This document shows, piece by piece, positions 51,471 through 60,898 of a stretch of 64,000 nt of DNA. Source of the DNA: Candidatus Versatilivorator sp. (lineage in GTDB: Bacteria; Acidobacteriota; Terriglobia; Versatilivoradales; Versatilivoraceae). The translations under genes were made by a program, and so were the position numbers. The stretch spans positions 2,368,001-2,432,000 of the forward strand of contig OZ242296.1 in the NCBI GenBank assembly GCA_965207735.1, written 5' to 3'. Under the pieces are notes generated by a model. It did not search any database and was not told the DNA's origin. It was given only the letters and a program-made list of their open reading frames with translations. Within the stretch, counting starts at the first letter, position 1. Every line of letters starts with the position of its first letter.

Positions 51471-54431
51471 GTGGCCTTGAAACCGAACTTCAGAAACCTC
51501 AGTCGATCTCGAATGCGGACTCCGGGAACCCTTCTCACCCTGGCTGTCCTGTGCCTGGCCTCTTTCCCGCCGGCCGGTCTTGGGGAGGAGAAGAAGGCCG
51601 CGGGGCAACCTGCCGCGTCAACAGCCTCTCCAGGGGCCATTGCCGGCCTGGGCCCCATCGTGCCCGCAGGGGCCCCGTCTCCGCCACCAGCCGTTCCAGT
51701 CGAACTGCGGAAGGCAATCCGGGAATACCGCGCCCAGATCCAACGCATCACATTGGACTATCCCGGCGGGGAAACCGGTGATGGTTCGCGACGCTTCTCC
51801 CGGGACTATCGCGGCAACGTCTACGAGTATTTTCGCAACGATGCGCTGGACGCCCTGCCCCACGAAGTCCGGCAGGCCAATGGAACCAAGTCCGTCTTGC
51901 GCCGAAATCAGTTCGGTTTCAACTTGACCGGACCGGTCACGTTTCCACGACTCTACGACGGCCGGGGACGGACCTTCTTCTCAATCGCCTACGAGGGCAC
52001 GCGGGAAAAGATCTCCCGGCCCTATTTGGGAGACGTTCCCACGCCGCTGCAGCGTTCGGGAGACTTTTCCGACCTGGTGGACAACGCCGGACGCCCGGTC
52101 CTGATCTACGATCCGGCCACGACCCGGTCCAACCCCGACTACGATCCGGGACAACCGGTGTCCCTGTCCAATCTCCAGTACCTGCGCGATCCCTTTCCGG
52201 GGAACCGCATACCGGCCCACCGGCTTGACCCGGTCGCCCTGAAGGCCCTGGCCTATTATCCCCACCCCAACACCAGCGTCGGCCCGTTCCTGCGCAACAA
52301 TTTCTTCGCCAACGCGACCGAAACCAACACGCCCAACGGAACGGTGTGGAAGCTTGACCACGATATCGGAACCAGGCACAAGCTCACCTGGAACGGCCGC
52401 TTCTCGAGCGGCATCGACGGCTCGGCCCCGATTTTCGCCAACCCCGCCAACCCGGGCAGCCCCCAGCGACATGTCGGTTCCAGGAGTGGAAGGTTCAGCC
52501 ACACCTTCAGCGTCTCTCCCCGGGTCGTCAACCAGTTCTCCATGTGGGCGCAGCATCGTTCCCTGGCCAGCACCCAAGAAAATCTCTACCGGACTCATTT
52601 TCCGGAACAGCTGGGGATCAGCGGGCTGGAAAGCGGCGCCTTTCCCCGATTTGATCTGGGCCACTTTGTCGATATCGGCACCCGACCCGGGGCTATGGCC
52701 CGTTACCGGATTGCGAACTATTCCGTGTCTGACGCAATCAGCCTGCGCTACAACAAACACAACCTGAAGCTGCACGGCAAGATGTACCGGCGACAGGTGA
52801 ACAGCTTCCGCTCCCGATACCCCTCGGGCCGATTCGACTTCTCCGGCGAACTGACGGGACTGCCGGGCGTCAACAACACGGGAAGCCCCGCCGCACAGTT
52901 CCTGCTGGGAATGCCCAACGGCGCCCAGCAGTCGATGGTGTTGCACCCCACCTACTTGCGGTCGGAGCAGTACGAAGTGGGAGTCAGTGACGAATATCAG
53001 ATCACTCCCAAGCTGACCTGGACGTTTCGACTGAACTTGGAACTTGACACGGCGCCGCGCGAAAAATTCGGCCGGCAGTCCAGCCTGGACTTCGAGGGTC
53101 TGAACCCCGAGAACGGGCTTCCCGGGATCCTCGTTTTCGCGGGTCGGGATGGGCAGCCCAGAACTTTTAGCCCCAACCGACTCAACTGGGAACCTGGAGT
53201 GGCCGTAGCGGTGAGCCCTTGGGGGGACCGCAGGACGGTCATTCGCGCCAACTATGGGCTCTTTTCCGATTCCCTTCCACTGCGGGCGAGCCACCTGGGC
53301 AGCGTGGGGTTCAATGCCACGCCGCAGCTCACTTCCCCCAACCGCCAGTTGGAGCCGGTATTGCTGCTCCGGCAAGGTTTCCCTCGGGTGGCCAACCCGC
53401 CGGACCTCACTTCGACTGCCGCCAACCACCTGGATGCCGCATACTTCGAGCCCCATACCGAAATGCCCGACGTCCACGAGTGGCGGCTGGAAGTCGAGAG
53501 AGACTTCTCCGACTTCGCGGTGCGGGTGGCTTACATCGGGGAACGCGGGACTCATCTCCTTATGGGTAACGACGTGAATCTCAACCCGCTCGCCCCTTCT
53601 GCCTTGGAGTTCCGAGACCGGTTGAACGACCTGGAGTTCAACCAGTCGCTGCGACCCTTTCCCCAGTTTCGCCGCATCGCCCACGGGTACGGCTACCCTG
53701 CCGGATCAAACTCCTTCCATCGTGGGTTACTCCGTGTCGACAAGCGACTTTCCAGGGGCTTGAGCTTCACCGGCTCTTATGCCTATTCCAAGGCCATCGA
53801 CAACGTGCTGAGAGGCAAGCCCCCCCAGAATTCAACCAACCTGCAAGCCGAAAAGTCGCTTTCCTCTTACGACAGAACGCACCGCTTGAGAGCCAGCTAT
53901 CTCTACGAGCTTCCCTTCGGCGAAGGCCACCGTTTCTCCAGCTCCCGCAATTGGATCAACGCCCTGGGGCGTGGGTGGACCATGAGCGGCATGAGCATCT
54001 TCCAGAGCGGCACCCCGATTCGTTTGAGACCCCTTTTCAACAACACCGGCGGAGTGGCTGAATCCCTGAGGGTCAATCTGGTTCCCGGGGTCGATCCCCA
54101 CCTGGAGAATCGCTCGGCTTTCCGATGGTTCAATCCTGCAGCTTTCGAACAACCCGAAGACTTCACCCTGGGAGATGGGCCGCGCTTTCATCCAACCTTG
54201 CGCAATCCCAACTCCTGGAACATCGACATGTCCCTGAGCAAGCGGGTGCCGGTGAGCGAGTACTGGACGTTGGAGTTGATCGGCGAGGCCTTCAATGCTC
54301 TCAACCACGCCAACCTCAACCGGCCCGACGCCTTCATCGGATCCCGCGAAAACCCCAACAGCAACGCGGGCAGGATAATTGGCTCCCGAGGCGGGCGCAT
54401 CGTCCAGCTTGGGCTCCGATTGAGCTTTTAG
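51471..54431 (+). CDS. Oar/TonB-dependent-receptor-like outer-membrane barrel apparently lacking plug and N-terminal domains
   Basis: YEYFRNDALDA, RRNQFGFNLTGP, IYDPAT..RDPFPGNRIP, EAFNALNHANL, terminal RIVQLGLRLSF; only about 100 aa precede the first barrel motif. Confidence 0.82.
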   Translation: MALKPNFRNLSRSRMRTPGTLLTLAVLCLASFPPAGLGEEKKAAGQPAASTASPGAIAGLGPIVPAGAPSPPPAVPVELRKAIREYRAQIQRITLDYPGGETGDGSRRFSRDYRGNVYEYFRNDALDALPHEVRQANGTKSVLRRNQFGFNLTGPVTFPRLYDGRGRTFFSIAYEGTREKISRPYLGDVPTPLQRSGDFSDLVDNAGRPVLIYDPATTRSNPDYDPGQPVSLSNLQYLRDPFPGNRIPAHRLDPVALKALAYYPHPNTSVGPFLRNNFFANATETNTPNGTVWKLDHDIGTRHKLTWNGRFSSGIDGSAPIFANPANPGSPQRHVGSRSGRFSHTFSVSPRVVNQFSMWAQHRSLASTQENLYRTHFPEQLGISGLESGAFPRFDLGHFVDIGTRPGAMARYRIANYSVSDAISLRYNKHNLKLHGKMYRRQVNSFRSRYPSGRFDFSGELTGLPGVNNTGSPAAQFLLGMPNGAQQSMVLHPTYLRSEQYEVGVSDEYQITPKLTWTFRLNLELDTAPREKFGRQSSLDFEGLNPENGLPGILVFAGRDGQPRTFSPNRLNWEPGVAVAVSPWGDRRTVIRANYGLFSDSLPLRASHLGSVGFNATPQLTSPNRQLEPVLLLRQGFPRVANPPDLTSTAANHLDAAYFEPHTEMPDVHEWRLEVERDFSDFAVRVAYIGERGTHLLMGNDVNLNPLAPSALEFRDRLNDLEFNQSLRPFPQFRRIAHGYGYPAGSNSFHRGLLRVDKRLSRGLSFTGSYAYSKAIDNVLRGKPPQNSTNLQAEKSLSSYDRTHRLRASYLYELPFGEGHRFSSSRNWINALGRGWTMSGMSIFQSGTPIRLRPLFNNTGGVAESLRVNLVPGVDPHLENRSAFRWFNPAAFEQPEDFTLGDGPRFHPTLRNPNSWNIDMSLSKRVPVSEYWTLELIGEAFNALNHANLNRPDAFIGSRENPNSNAGRIIGSRGGRIVQLGLRLSF

Positions 54432-54511
54432 TGACCTGTTTCAACCGCAGCTACGCCGCTCTCCCCTGAACCACAACGCTGTTAATGACGAACACTCCTC
54501 TACGGTATGCT

Positions 54512-54562
54512 CAGCGACCTGGCGAGAAATGCGGGTCAAACCCCTATTTCTCACCAGGTCGC
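54512..54562. mobile_element. Two MITE family A right ends back to back
   Basis: cagcgacctggcgagaaatgcggg...atttctcaccaggtcgc. Confidence 0.75.
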
Positions 54563-54571
54563 CTGTTTCAA

Positions 54572-55570
54572 GTGGTTTCCGGCGGTATTCCGTCAGTCAA
54601 ATGGCCGGCGGTCCTGGGTCTGTGGCTGTTGCTGTCTCCCTCCGGACTGCTTGCCGAAAGGACTCCCGCAACCGGCGGAGTTCGCTTTTGTGTTCCCTTC
54701 TGGGTGTTGAAGGACGGAGCACCGGTCCGGCCCCGGATCGGGCGCGGGGACCTTTCCATCTTCGCCGGCCCGAAGCCTTTGCAAATTACCCGGCAGGAGC
54801 AACCCGGCACCCCGACCTTTCTCTTTCTGGCCTTCGACCTGGTTGAAGACCAAGCTCCCATCAACACCGCCAAGCAGGCGCTGGCCGAAGAGGTCCGCAA
54901 GTTGGGACCGGAGTACTGGGTGGGGCTCATCGGGGTTCAGGAAACTCTCTCGGTGATCCAGGATCCCACCAAGGACAAGCCGCTCCTGTTGAAGAAAATC
55001 CTGCAAATCCGTCAGTTCGGCAAGGCCGGCCTTCTTGAATCCATCCAGGCGCTGGCCGATTTCTCCTCGTCCCTGATGCGCAAAAGCAGCGTCCGGGTGG
55101 CCGTCATTCTGGTGACCGACAGCGATGTGGCCAACTACCGGACTGAATACCGCAATCCCCAGATCAACCGCAGCGACAGCAGAGATCTCAGCCGCCGCTT
55201 CCCGGGTCGGGCGCTGCAGCAGGAAATCTCTCGCCTGTCGACGGCCATGGTACGTTTTCCCATCCCCCTGCTGGTGGTCCACGTGGCTCCCGGGCGAGAC
55301 TCGCTCAACCGCACCTACCAGGATGGCCTGGGGCAGGTGACCGGCGCCGTCGGAGGCCGGCTGTTCCTTTCCAAGTCAACCGGGGACATCCCCCGTACCC
55401 TCCAGGAAGCCTTTGAGTGGGCGGACAGTTTCTATGCCGTGGAATTCGAAGTTTCCCCGAGGCCGAGCGGCCTTTTCGAGATCGAGGCCAAGCCGGGCGC
55501 GGCTCTTTCCCCAAGCATGCGGTTGAGTCATCCGGCCCGGCTTTTCTTTCCCTCCGAAGCTCAGCCCTGA
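54572..55570 (+). CDS. Exported VWA-like domain protein with degenerate MIDAS (start uncertain; ORF opens at 54485)
   Basis: Signal-like segment, LFLAFDLVED, VIQDPT, VILVTDSD, GGRLF, FYAVEF. Confidence 0.72.
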   Translation: MVSGGIPSVKWPAVLGLWLLLSPSGLLAERTPATGGVRFCVPFWVLKDGAPVRPRIGRGDLSIFAGPKPLQITRQEQPGTPTFLFLAFDLVEDQAPINTAKQALAEEVRKLGPEYWVGLIGVQETLSVIQDPTKDKPLLLKKILQIRQFGKAGLLESIQALADFSSSLMRKSSVRVAVILVTDSDVANYRTEYRNPQINRSDSRDLSRRFPGRALQQEISRLSTAMVRFPIPLLVVHVAPGRDSLNRTYQDGLGQVTGAVGGRLFLSKSTGDIPRTLQEAFEWADSFYAVEFEVSPRPSGLFEIEAKPGAALSPSMRLSHPARLFFPSEAQP

Positions 55571-55713
55571 CGCAACAAGTCCGGGCCTCATACCTGTTTA
55601 GCCACGGGTAGCGTTTGGCTCACAACGGCCTTGGGGATTGTGCTACACTCAAGGTATCTAAGAGTCCCCTTCGGGATGTCTGACAATACCCTTCGGGAGG
55701 AGGTGGCAAAGGA

Positions 55714-56034
55714 ATGGCAGAAGGCACAGACCGCGGTTCAAGGCTGGCTTACTTTTTGGTTGGCGGCGGCATCGGGGCTATCGTCGCCCTGCTGTTTGCG
55801 CCTCGCACCGGCCAGGAAACGCGGGACATCATCGCTCAGCGGACGGCCGACAGCCGGGAACGGGTCACCTCGGCAACCCGCATGACTTCCGAGAAGGTGT
55901 CCGACTACCTGGACAAGGGCCTTGAAAAAGGCAAGGAAACCGTCAGCAGCCAAAAAGACCAGATTTCCGCGGCCATCGCGGCCGGCAAGCAGGCCTATCA
56001 GGAAGAAAAAGGCAAGTCCGAGGTAGAATCCTAG
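55714..56034 (+). CDS. YtxH-domain protein
   Basis: FLVGGGIGAIVALLFAPRTGQETR; GGAGG upstream; extended -10 TGCTACACT near 55641. Confidence 0.9.
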   Translation: MAEGTDRGSRLAYFLVGGGIGAIVALLFAPRTGQETRDIIAQRTADSRERVTSATRMTSEKVSDYLDKGLEKGKETVSSQKDQISAAIAAGKQAYQEEKGKSEVES

Positions 56035-56123
56035 CAGCTCTCGGCTAGCCACAGGCAGGGGGCCACGGATCCGGCACTCGGCCCCGCTCGCCGGACCGCA
56101 TCGTCAACTCTCGGAGAAACAGC

Positions 56124-56660
56124 GTGCAGAATCTAGTGGGCGAAAATCTGGAAAACCTGGTCGGTGTGCTACTGATCCTGGTGGTGGTCTTCATCTTCCT
56201 TCAACTGGGGACCATGGTCATGCTCCTGGCCGCGGTACGCAAGATGGGCGGGAACCTCGATCGGATGCGGGACCTGGTGGAGCAACAGGGAGCGCCGGCC
56301 ATCAAGGAACTTCGCGAAGTTCTTGGAGAAGTCAAGGACATTTTGCGAGGCGCCCGGGCAGCCACCGAGAATCTGACGGGAGCCACGGAAGCGGTGCGGA
56401 GCCAGATCCGGGACGTCAACTCGGTCATCGAGGAGACCACCAATCGGGCCCGCCAGCAGATTTCCAGGGCCGACGAAGTAGTCACCCACGCCATCAAGAG
56501 AATGGAAGCCACCTCGCAGCTTGTTCAGGAAAGCATCCTCACTCCCATAGGGGAGCTTTCGGCACTGATTCGTGGGCTGTCGAGCGGGCTCAACGCCCTG
56601 TTCGGACGCAAGCGCAACCCGGTGAATGAAGTCCACCAGGATGAGGAAATGTTCATCTGA
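56124..56660 (+). CDS. Membrane-anchored coiled-coil protein (DUF948/YoxC-like)
   Basis: N-terminal transmembrane helix plus heptad region; adjacent to YtxH gene; ends DEEMFI. Confidence 0.7.
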   Translation: MQNLVGENLENLVGVLLILVVVFIFLQLGTMVMLLAAVRKMGGNLDRMRDLVEQQGAPAIKELREVLGEVKDILRGARAATENLTGATEAVRSQIRDVNSVIEETTNRARQQISRADEVVTHAIKRMEATSQLVQESILTPIGELSALIRGLSSGLNALFGRKRNPVNEVHQDEEMFI

Positions 56661-56684
56661 TGTTGTTCCAAGGAGGAAGACGCG

Positions 56685-56918
56685 TTGTTGACCATAAGAC
56701 TGGCCCGTACCGGAAAGAAGAAACATCCATCCTTCCGGATTGTCGTCCTGGAAAAGTCGAAGCGGCGTGACGGCAGGTACATCGACCAACTCGGGCATTA
56801 CAACCCCAAGACCGATCCAGCTACCATTCATCTGAACAAGGAAAAATATGACTTCTGGGTAGCCAGGGGGGCGCAGCCTACCGAAACCGTGAAGAGCTTC
56901 GTCGGCAAGATCGGGTAA
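56685..56918 (+). CDS. rpsP: 30S ribosomal protein S16
   Basis: IRLARTGKKK.P.FRIVV, RDGRYI..LG.YNP, GAQPTETV. Confidence 0.97.
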   Translation: MLTIRLARTGKKKHPSFRIVVLEKSKRRDGRYIDQLGHYNPKTDPATIHLNKEKYDFWVARGAQPTETVKSFVGKIG

Positions 56919-56993
56919 TCCAAGGCAAGGCATCTCCAAATTCCGTGAAACGGTGGTTCTACGAGTCGACCAGGACACACCAAGGAGGTAGCC

Positions 56994-57224
56994 ATGAAGG
57001 AGCTGATCGAAGAGATTGCCAAGGCGCTGGTGGATCATCCGGATCAAGTCGTGGTGAGACCGATCGAGGGCGAGCAGACAACCGTTCTCGAGCTGAGGGT
57101 GGCTCCCAGCGATCTCGGGAAAGTGATCGGCAAGCAGGGGAGAACGGCCCGTTCGATCCGCACCATCCTGGGAGCGGCAGGCATGAAGCTCAAGAAACGG
57201 TTTACCCTCGAGATTCTGGAGTAG
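56994..57224 (+). CDS. khpA: KH-domain RNA-binding protein
   Basis: [25 protein letters not shown]. Confidence 0.95.
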   Translation: MKELIEEIAKALVDHPDQVVVRPIEGEQTTVLELRVAPSDLGKVIGKQGRTARSIRTILGAAGMKLKKRFTLEILE

Positions 57225-57230
57225 GACCAT

Positions 57231-57749
57231 TTGTCGCGTAACGAGCTGGTAAGCGTTGCCAAGGTAATCAAGCCCCAAGGCAACAAAGGTGAGGTGGCTG
57301 CCGAGCTGCTCACCGATTTCCCCGAGAGATTTCACCACCTCAAGAAAGTCTACCTGCAGAAGAACGACCACAGCCCTTTCCCTTTGGGTCTGGAAGCATT
57401 CTGGTTCCACCGGCAGCGCATCGTCCTGAAATTCTCCGGCATCGACGATATCGGGGCTGCCGAAGGGCTGCGCGGCCACGAAGTGAGAATCGAGCGGGAG
57501 CACCTCCTGGCGCTGCCTCCGGGATCCTATTATCAATTCGACCTGATCGACTGCGTGGCCAGAGACAGTCGGGGCCGCATGCTGGGCCGGGTGACCGAGG
57601 TGCTTGAAGTTGGAGGCAACTACCTGCTCAACTTGAGGCGGGACCGGAAGGAGCTGCTGGTCCCCTTTGCCAAGGACATTGTCCGGCGAGTGGACCTGTC
57701 CAAGAAGGAGTTGATCTGCGAGCTCCCTCCAGGGCTCGAGGAACTATAG
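57231..57749 (+). CDS. rimM: Ribosome maturation factor RimM
   Basis: KPQGNKGEV, TDFPERF, YYQFDLI, LVPF, PPGL. Confidence 0.95.
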   Translation: MSRNELVSVAKVIKPQGNKGEVAAELLTDFPERFHHLKKVYLQKNDHSPFPLGLEAFWFHRQRIVLKFSGIDDIGAAEGLRGHEVRIEREHLLALPPGSYYQFDLIDCVARDSRGRMLGRVTEVLEVGGNYLLNLRRDRKELLVPFAKDIVRRVDLSKKELICELPPGLEEL

Positions 57750-57762
57750 CCCGCATTTCTCA
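57747..57762 (+). mobile_element. MITE family A terminal-repeat remnant filling the rimM-trmD spacer
   Basis: TAGCCCGCATTTCTCA is identical to 58926-58941. Confidence 0.75.
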
Positions 57763-58559
57763 TGTCTGGAACGACTCCCCTCCGATTCGATATCATCACC
57801 ATCTTTCCGGGGTTCTTCCAGGGTCCGTTCGATTTCGGCATGGTGAGGCAGGCGGTCAGAAAGAACCTGGTTTCGGTCGGGATTCACAATCTTCGGGACC
57901 AGGCCAGTGACCGCCACCTGACGGTCGATGACCGACCCTTCGGGGGAGGGGAAGGCATGGTCCTCAAACCGGATCCCCTCTTCCGAGCCGTCAACTGCGT
58001 CGCTGATCAAGACCTCTCCTTTCCCGCCCGCAGGATCGTCCTGCTCTCGGCCCAGGGCCACAGGCTGACGCAGGAAGCAGTCCGGGAACTGGCGGATTGC
58101 CGGCAGCTGATCCTGATTTGTGGCCGGTACGAAGGCGTGGACGAACGGGTCACCGACCATTTGGCCACTGACGAAATCTCCATCGGCGACTACGTTCTGA
58201 GTGGCGGGGAACTAGCCGCCTGCGTGCTGATCGAATGCATTGTAAGAATGGTTCCGGGAGTGCTCCACAATCGTTGCAGCAGCCTCAACGAATCCTTTGC
58301 CCGCGCCGTGGCAACCAGCGGCCCGGGTAAGCACATCCAGGAACCCGCAATCCTGGACCACCCTCAGTACACCCGGCCGGAAAGCTTCCAGGGCCTTGAC
58401 GTTCCCCGTCTTCTGCTGTCCGGAGATCATGGCAAGATCAAGCTCTGGAGACGAAGGAAGGCTCTAGAAAAGACTTTGAGAAACCGCCCCGATCTACTAG
58501 AATACGGCTGTTTGTCGGAGGAGGATAAACGCTTGCTGGAAACGGCATTCGAGGGGTAA
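57762..58559 (+). CDS. trmD: tRNA (guanine37-N1)-methyltransferase
   Basis: VDDRPFGGGEGM, CGRYEGVDER, SIGDYVLSGGE, PQYTRP. Confidence 0.98.
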   Translation: MSGTTPLRFDIITIFPGFFQGPFDFGMVRQAVRKNLVSVGIHNLRDQASDRHLTVDDRPFGGGEGMVLKPDPLFRAVNCVADQDLSFPARRIVLLSAQGHRLTQEAVRELADCRQLILICGRYEGVDERVTDHLATDEISIGDYVLSGGELAACVLIECIVRMVPGVLHNRCSSLNESFARAVATSGPGKHIQEPAILDHPQYTRPESFQGLDVPRLLLSGDHGKIKLWRRRKALEKTLRNRPDLLEYGCLSEEDKRLLETAFEG

Positions 58560-58580
58560 CCCGTTTCCCAGGATTGACTT

Positions 58581-58928
58581 ATGCATTCCTTGAGCGAGTT
58601 GGAACAGAGCCGGTTGCGCACGGACCATCCGGAATTTCGGGTGGGAGATACGGTCCGGGTGCACGTGAAAATCAGGGAAGGCGAGAAAGAGCGGGTGCAG
58701 GTCTTCGAAGGAGCCGTGATCGCCAGGAAGGACGGTGACCTCCGGTCTTCCTTCACCGTCAGGAAGACGTCGTTCGGCCAGGGAGTGGAACGAATCTTTC
58801 CCCTCCACTCTCCCATCATCGACAAGATCGAGCGGGTTCGAAGAGGTCGCGTGCGGAGAGCCAAACTCTACTACCTCCGCAGCCGCCGAGGAAAAGCAGC
58901 GAAAATCAAGGAACTCAGAGACTACTAG
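58581..58928 (+). CDS. rplS: 50S ribosomal protein L19
   Basis: [32 protein letters not shown]. Confidence 0.98.
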   Translation: MHSLSELEQSRLRTDHPEFRVGDTVRVHVKIREGEKERVQVFEGAVIARKDGDLRSSFTVRKTSFGQGVERIFPLHSPIIDKIERVRRGRVRRAKLYYLRSRRGKAAKIKELRDY

Positions 58929-59175
58929 CCCGCATTTCTCACCAGGGGGCATGATCATGGCGCAGGATTTTTCCCTTCAGCGCGTGCTCGCGACCGAAGA
59001 GCGTAGCGGTCACTACGCGCGAGGGAGCATGTGCGCGCTGAAGGGAAAAAGACAAGCCAGGGCATGCCCAGCGCTGTCTGTTACCCGCAAGCCCTTACCA
59101 TGGAGCCAATCTAAGTACTGAAGATAAACTACTTTTAGTCATGGCACCAGCGACCTGGTGAGAAATGCGGGCTAG
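58925..59175. mobile_element. Complete MITE family A (251 bp including flanking CTAG)
   Basis: Perfect 18-bp terminal inverted repeats CCCGCATTTCTCACCAGG (58929-58946 and 59154-59171), CTAG on both sides, internal inverted repeat tttttcccttcagcgcg/cgcgctgaagggaaaaa. Confidence 0.92.
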
Positions 59176-59962
59176 CCCGGTTCGCTTCCGCCGGCAGCGA
59201 ACTCGGGACGATCCTCTGGAGCCCGCGAACATTCCAGGTTCATTCTGCGAGGCACTCCTGCCGCCTGCATCCACCCACCCTACTAACACAGTTCACTGTA
59301 ACCTCAAATTCGAAGTCCAAGCCCAAGACCTCGGTTACCGCAGGATCGCGGGGTTGGACGAGGTGGGTCGGGGAGCCCTGTTCGGCCCCGTTTGCGCCGG
59401 CGCGGTGATCATGAACCCCCAGCGCATCCCGCCCGGCATCAACGACTCCAAGACACTGAGTCCCCGGCAGCGGTCGAAGCTGGCCGATGAAATCAGAAAG
59501 ACGGCTGAAGCCTGTGCCGTCGCCTTCGTGGACTCATCCACCATAGATCGGATCAACATCCTGGAAGCCACACGACGAGCCATGCTGTTGGCTGTCCAAC
59601 AGCTGGAAGCAAGGCCGGACTTTCTGCTGTGTGACGGCAATGTGGTCGTGCCGATTTCGACGCCCCAGCAGTCCATTGTGGGGGGCGACCGGCGCTCCCT
59701 CTCCATCGCGGCCGCCTCGATCCTGGCCAAGGTCGCCAGGGACCTCTTGATCGTGGACCTGGATGCACGCTACCCGGGTTATGACCTGAGCAACAACATG
59801 GGATACGGCACCCGGAAACACCGCGAAGCCCTGAAGCGGTTGGGACCGACTCCCCTCCACCGCACCAGCTTCCGGGGTGTCTGCGGCCTGGATTCAATGG
59901 ATCCCCGCTCAGGAGGCGAAAATGTCGACCCGGAAGAAGGATTGAAGAACCGGAAGAATTGA
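59165..59962 (+). CDS. rnhB: Ribonuclease HII (start uncertain)
   Basis: AGLDEVGRG, INDSK, IDRINIL, CDGN, SIAAASILAKVARD, MGYGT..H. Confidence 0.95.
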   Translation: MRASPVRFRRQRTRDDPLEPANIPGSFCEALLPPASTHPTNTVHCNLKFEVQAQDLGYRRIAGLDEVGRGALFGPVCAGAVIMNPQRIPPGINDSKTLSPRQRSKLADEIRKTAEACAVAFVDSSTIDRINILEATRRAMLLAVQQLEARPDFLLCDGNVVVPISTPQQSIVGGDRRSLSIAAASILAKVARDLLIVDLDARYPGYDLSNNMGYGTRKHREALKRLGPTPLHRTSFRGVCGLDSMDPRSGGENVDPEEGLKNRKN

Positions 59963-59965
59963 TGA

Positions 59966-60217
59966 ATGGCTAACAAGATCCTGGTCATCGTCTTCATATT
60001 TTTTTGTTTCGAACTCGGCCTCTTCCTTGTGATCTTCCCCTGGACACCCTATTGGGAGCGCAATCTCTTTCTTCACTACCTCCCCCCGATGAAGCAGCTG
60101 GTGCTCAGCAACTATTTTCGGGGGGCCGTGTCCGGTCTGGGAATTGTCGACATCGGCATCGGCCTGTGGGAAGCCATCCATTTCAAGGCAACCCTGGCCC
60201 AACTCAACGCCAAGTAG
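59966..60217 (+). CDS. Small membrane protein
   Basis: Two hydrophobic segments, PW..YWE.N and RGAVSGLG; tightly packed between rnhB and thiE. Confidence 0.8.
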   Translation: MANKILVIVFIFFCFELGLFLVIFPWTPYWERNLFLHYLPPMKQLVLSNYFRGAVSGLGIVDIGIGLWEAIHFKATLAQLNAK

Positions 60218-60844
60218 ATGGCATGGACCTACTGCATCACGGACCGCAAGACCTCCGAGGTCCCCATCCTTCAACACATCCGTCAGATCATCCGCGCGGG
60301 AGTCGATTTTCTTCAAATTCGGGAAAAGGATCTGCCGGCTCGGGAACTCTACCGGCTCGCCCTGCAAGCACGAGCCATGGCTCGGGATCATTCCACCAGG
60401 ATCCTGATCAATGACCGTTTGGACATTGCCCTGGCGGCCGACCTGCATGGGGTGCACCTGGCGCAGACCTCCATGCCCGCCGATGCCGTTCGAGCCCGGG
60501 TCTCAAAAGAGGGATTTCTGATCGGCGTCTCCACCCACAACCGGTCGGAAGTGGACAAGGCGCTCCACCAGGGGGCCGACTATCTGGTTTTCGGCCCCGT
60601 GTTCGAGACCCCTTCCAAACGACAATACGGACCGCCGGTCACACCGGCGTCCTTGAGAGTGGCCGTGCAGCAATCGAACCAACCGGTTTTCGCTCTGGGA
60701 GGGATCGATCTTCACAATTACCTCGACTGTCTCAAGCAGGGTGCAGCGGGGATTGCCGGCATTCGGCTATTTCAACGGCCCGACCCTGGTCTCGGCGACC
60801 TGGTTTCGGCCATATCATCGCGCGAGGCAGGCCCCTACGGTTGA
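60218..60844 (+). CDS. thiE: Thiamine phosphate synthase family protein
   Basis: QIREKD, INDRLD, GVHL, GVSTH, GPVFETPSK, ALGGI. Confidence 0.88.
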   Translation: MAWTYCITDRKTSEVPILQHIRQIIRAGVDFLQIREKDLPARELYRLALQARAMARDHSTRILINDRLDIALAADLHGVHLAQTSMPADAVRARVSKEGFLIGVSTHNRSEVDKALHQGADYLVFGPVFETPSKRQYGPPVTPASLRVAVQQSNQPVFALGGIDLHNYLDCLKQGAAGIAGIRLFQRPDPGLGDLVSAISSREAGPYG

Positions 60845-60898
60845 GACAGGCTCTGCTCTATTCGCGGGGTTACACCAGACTGAAGGAGGAGATCAACC

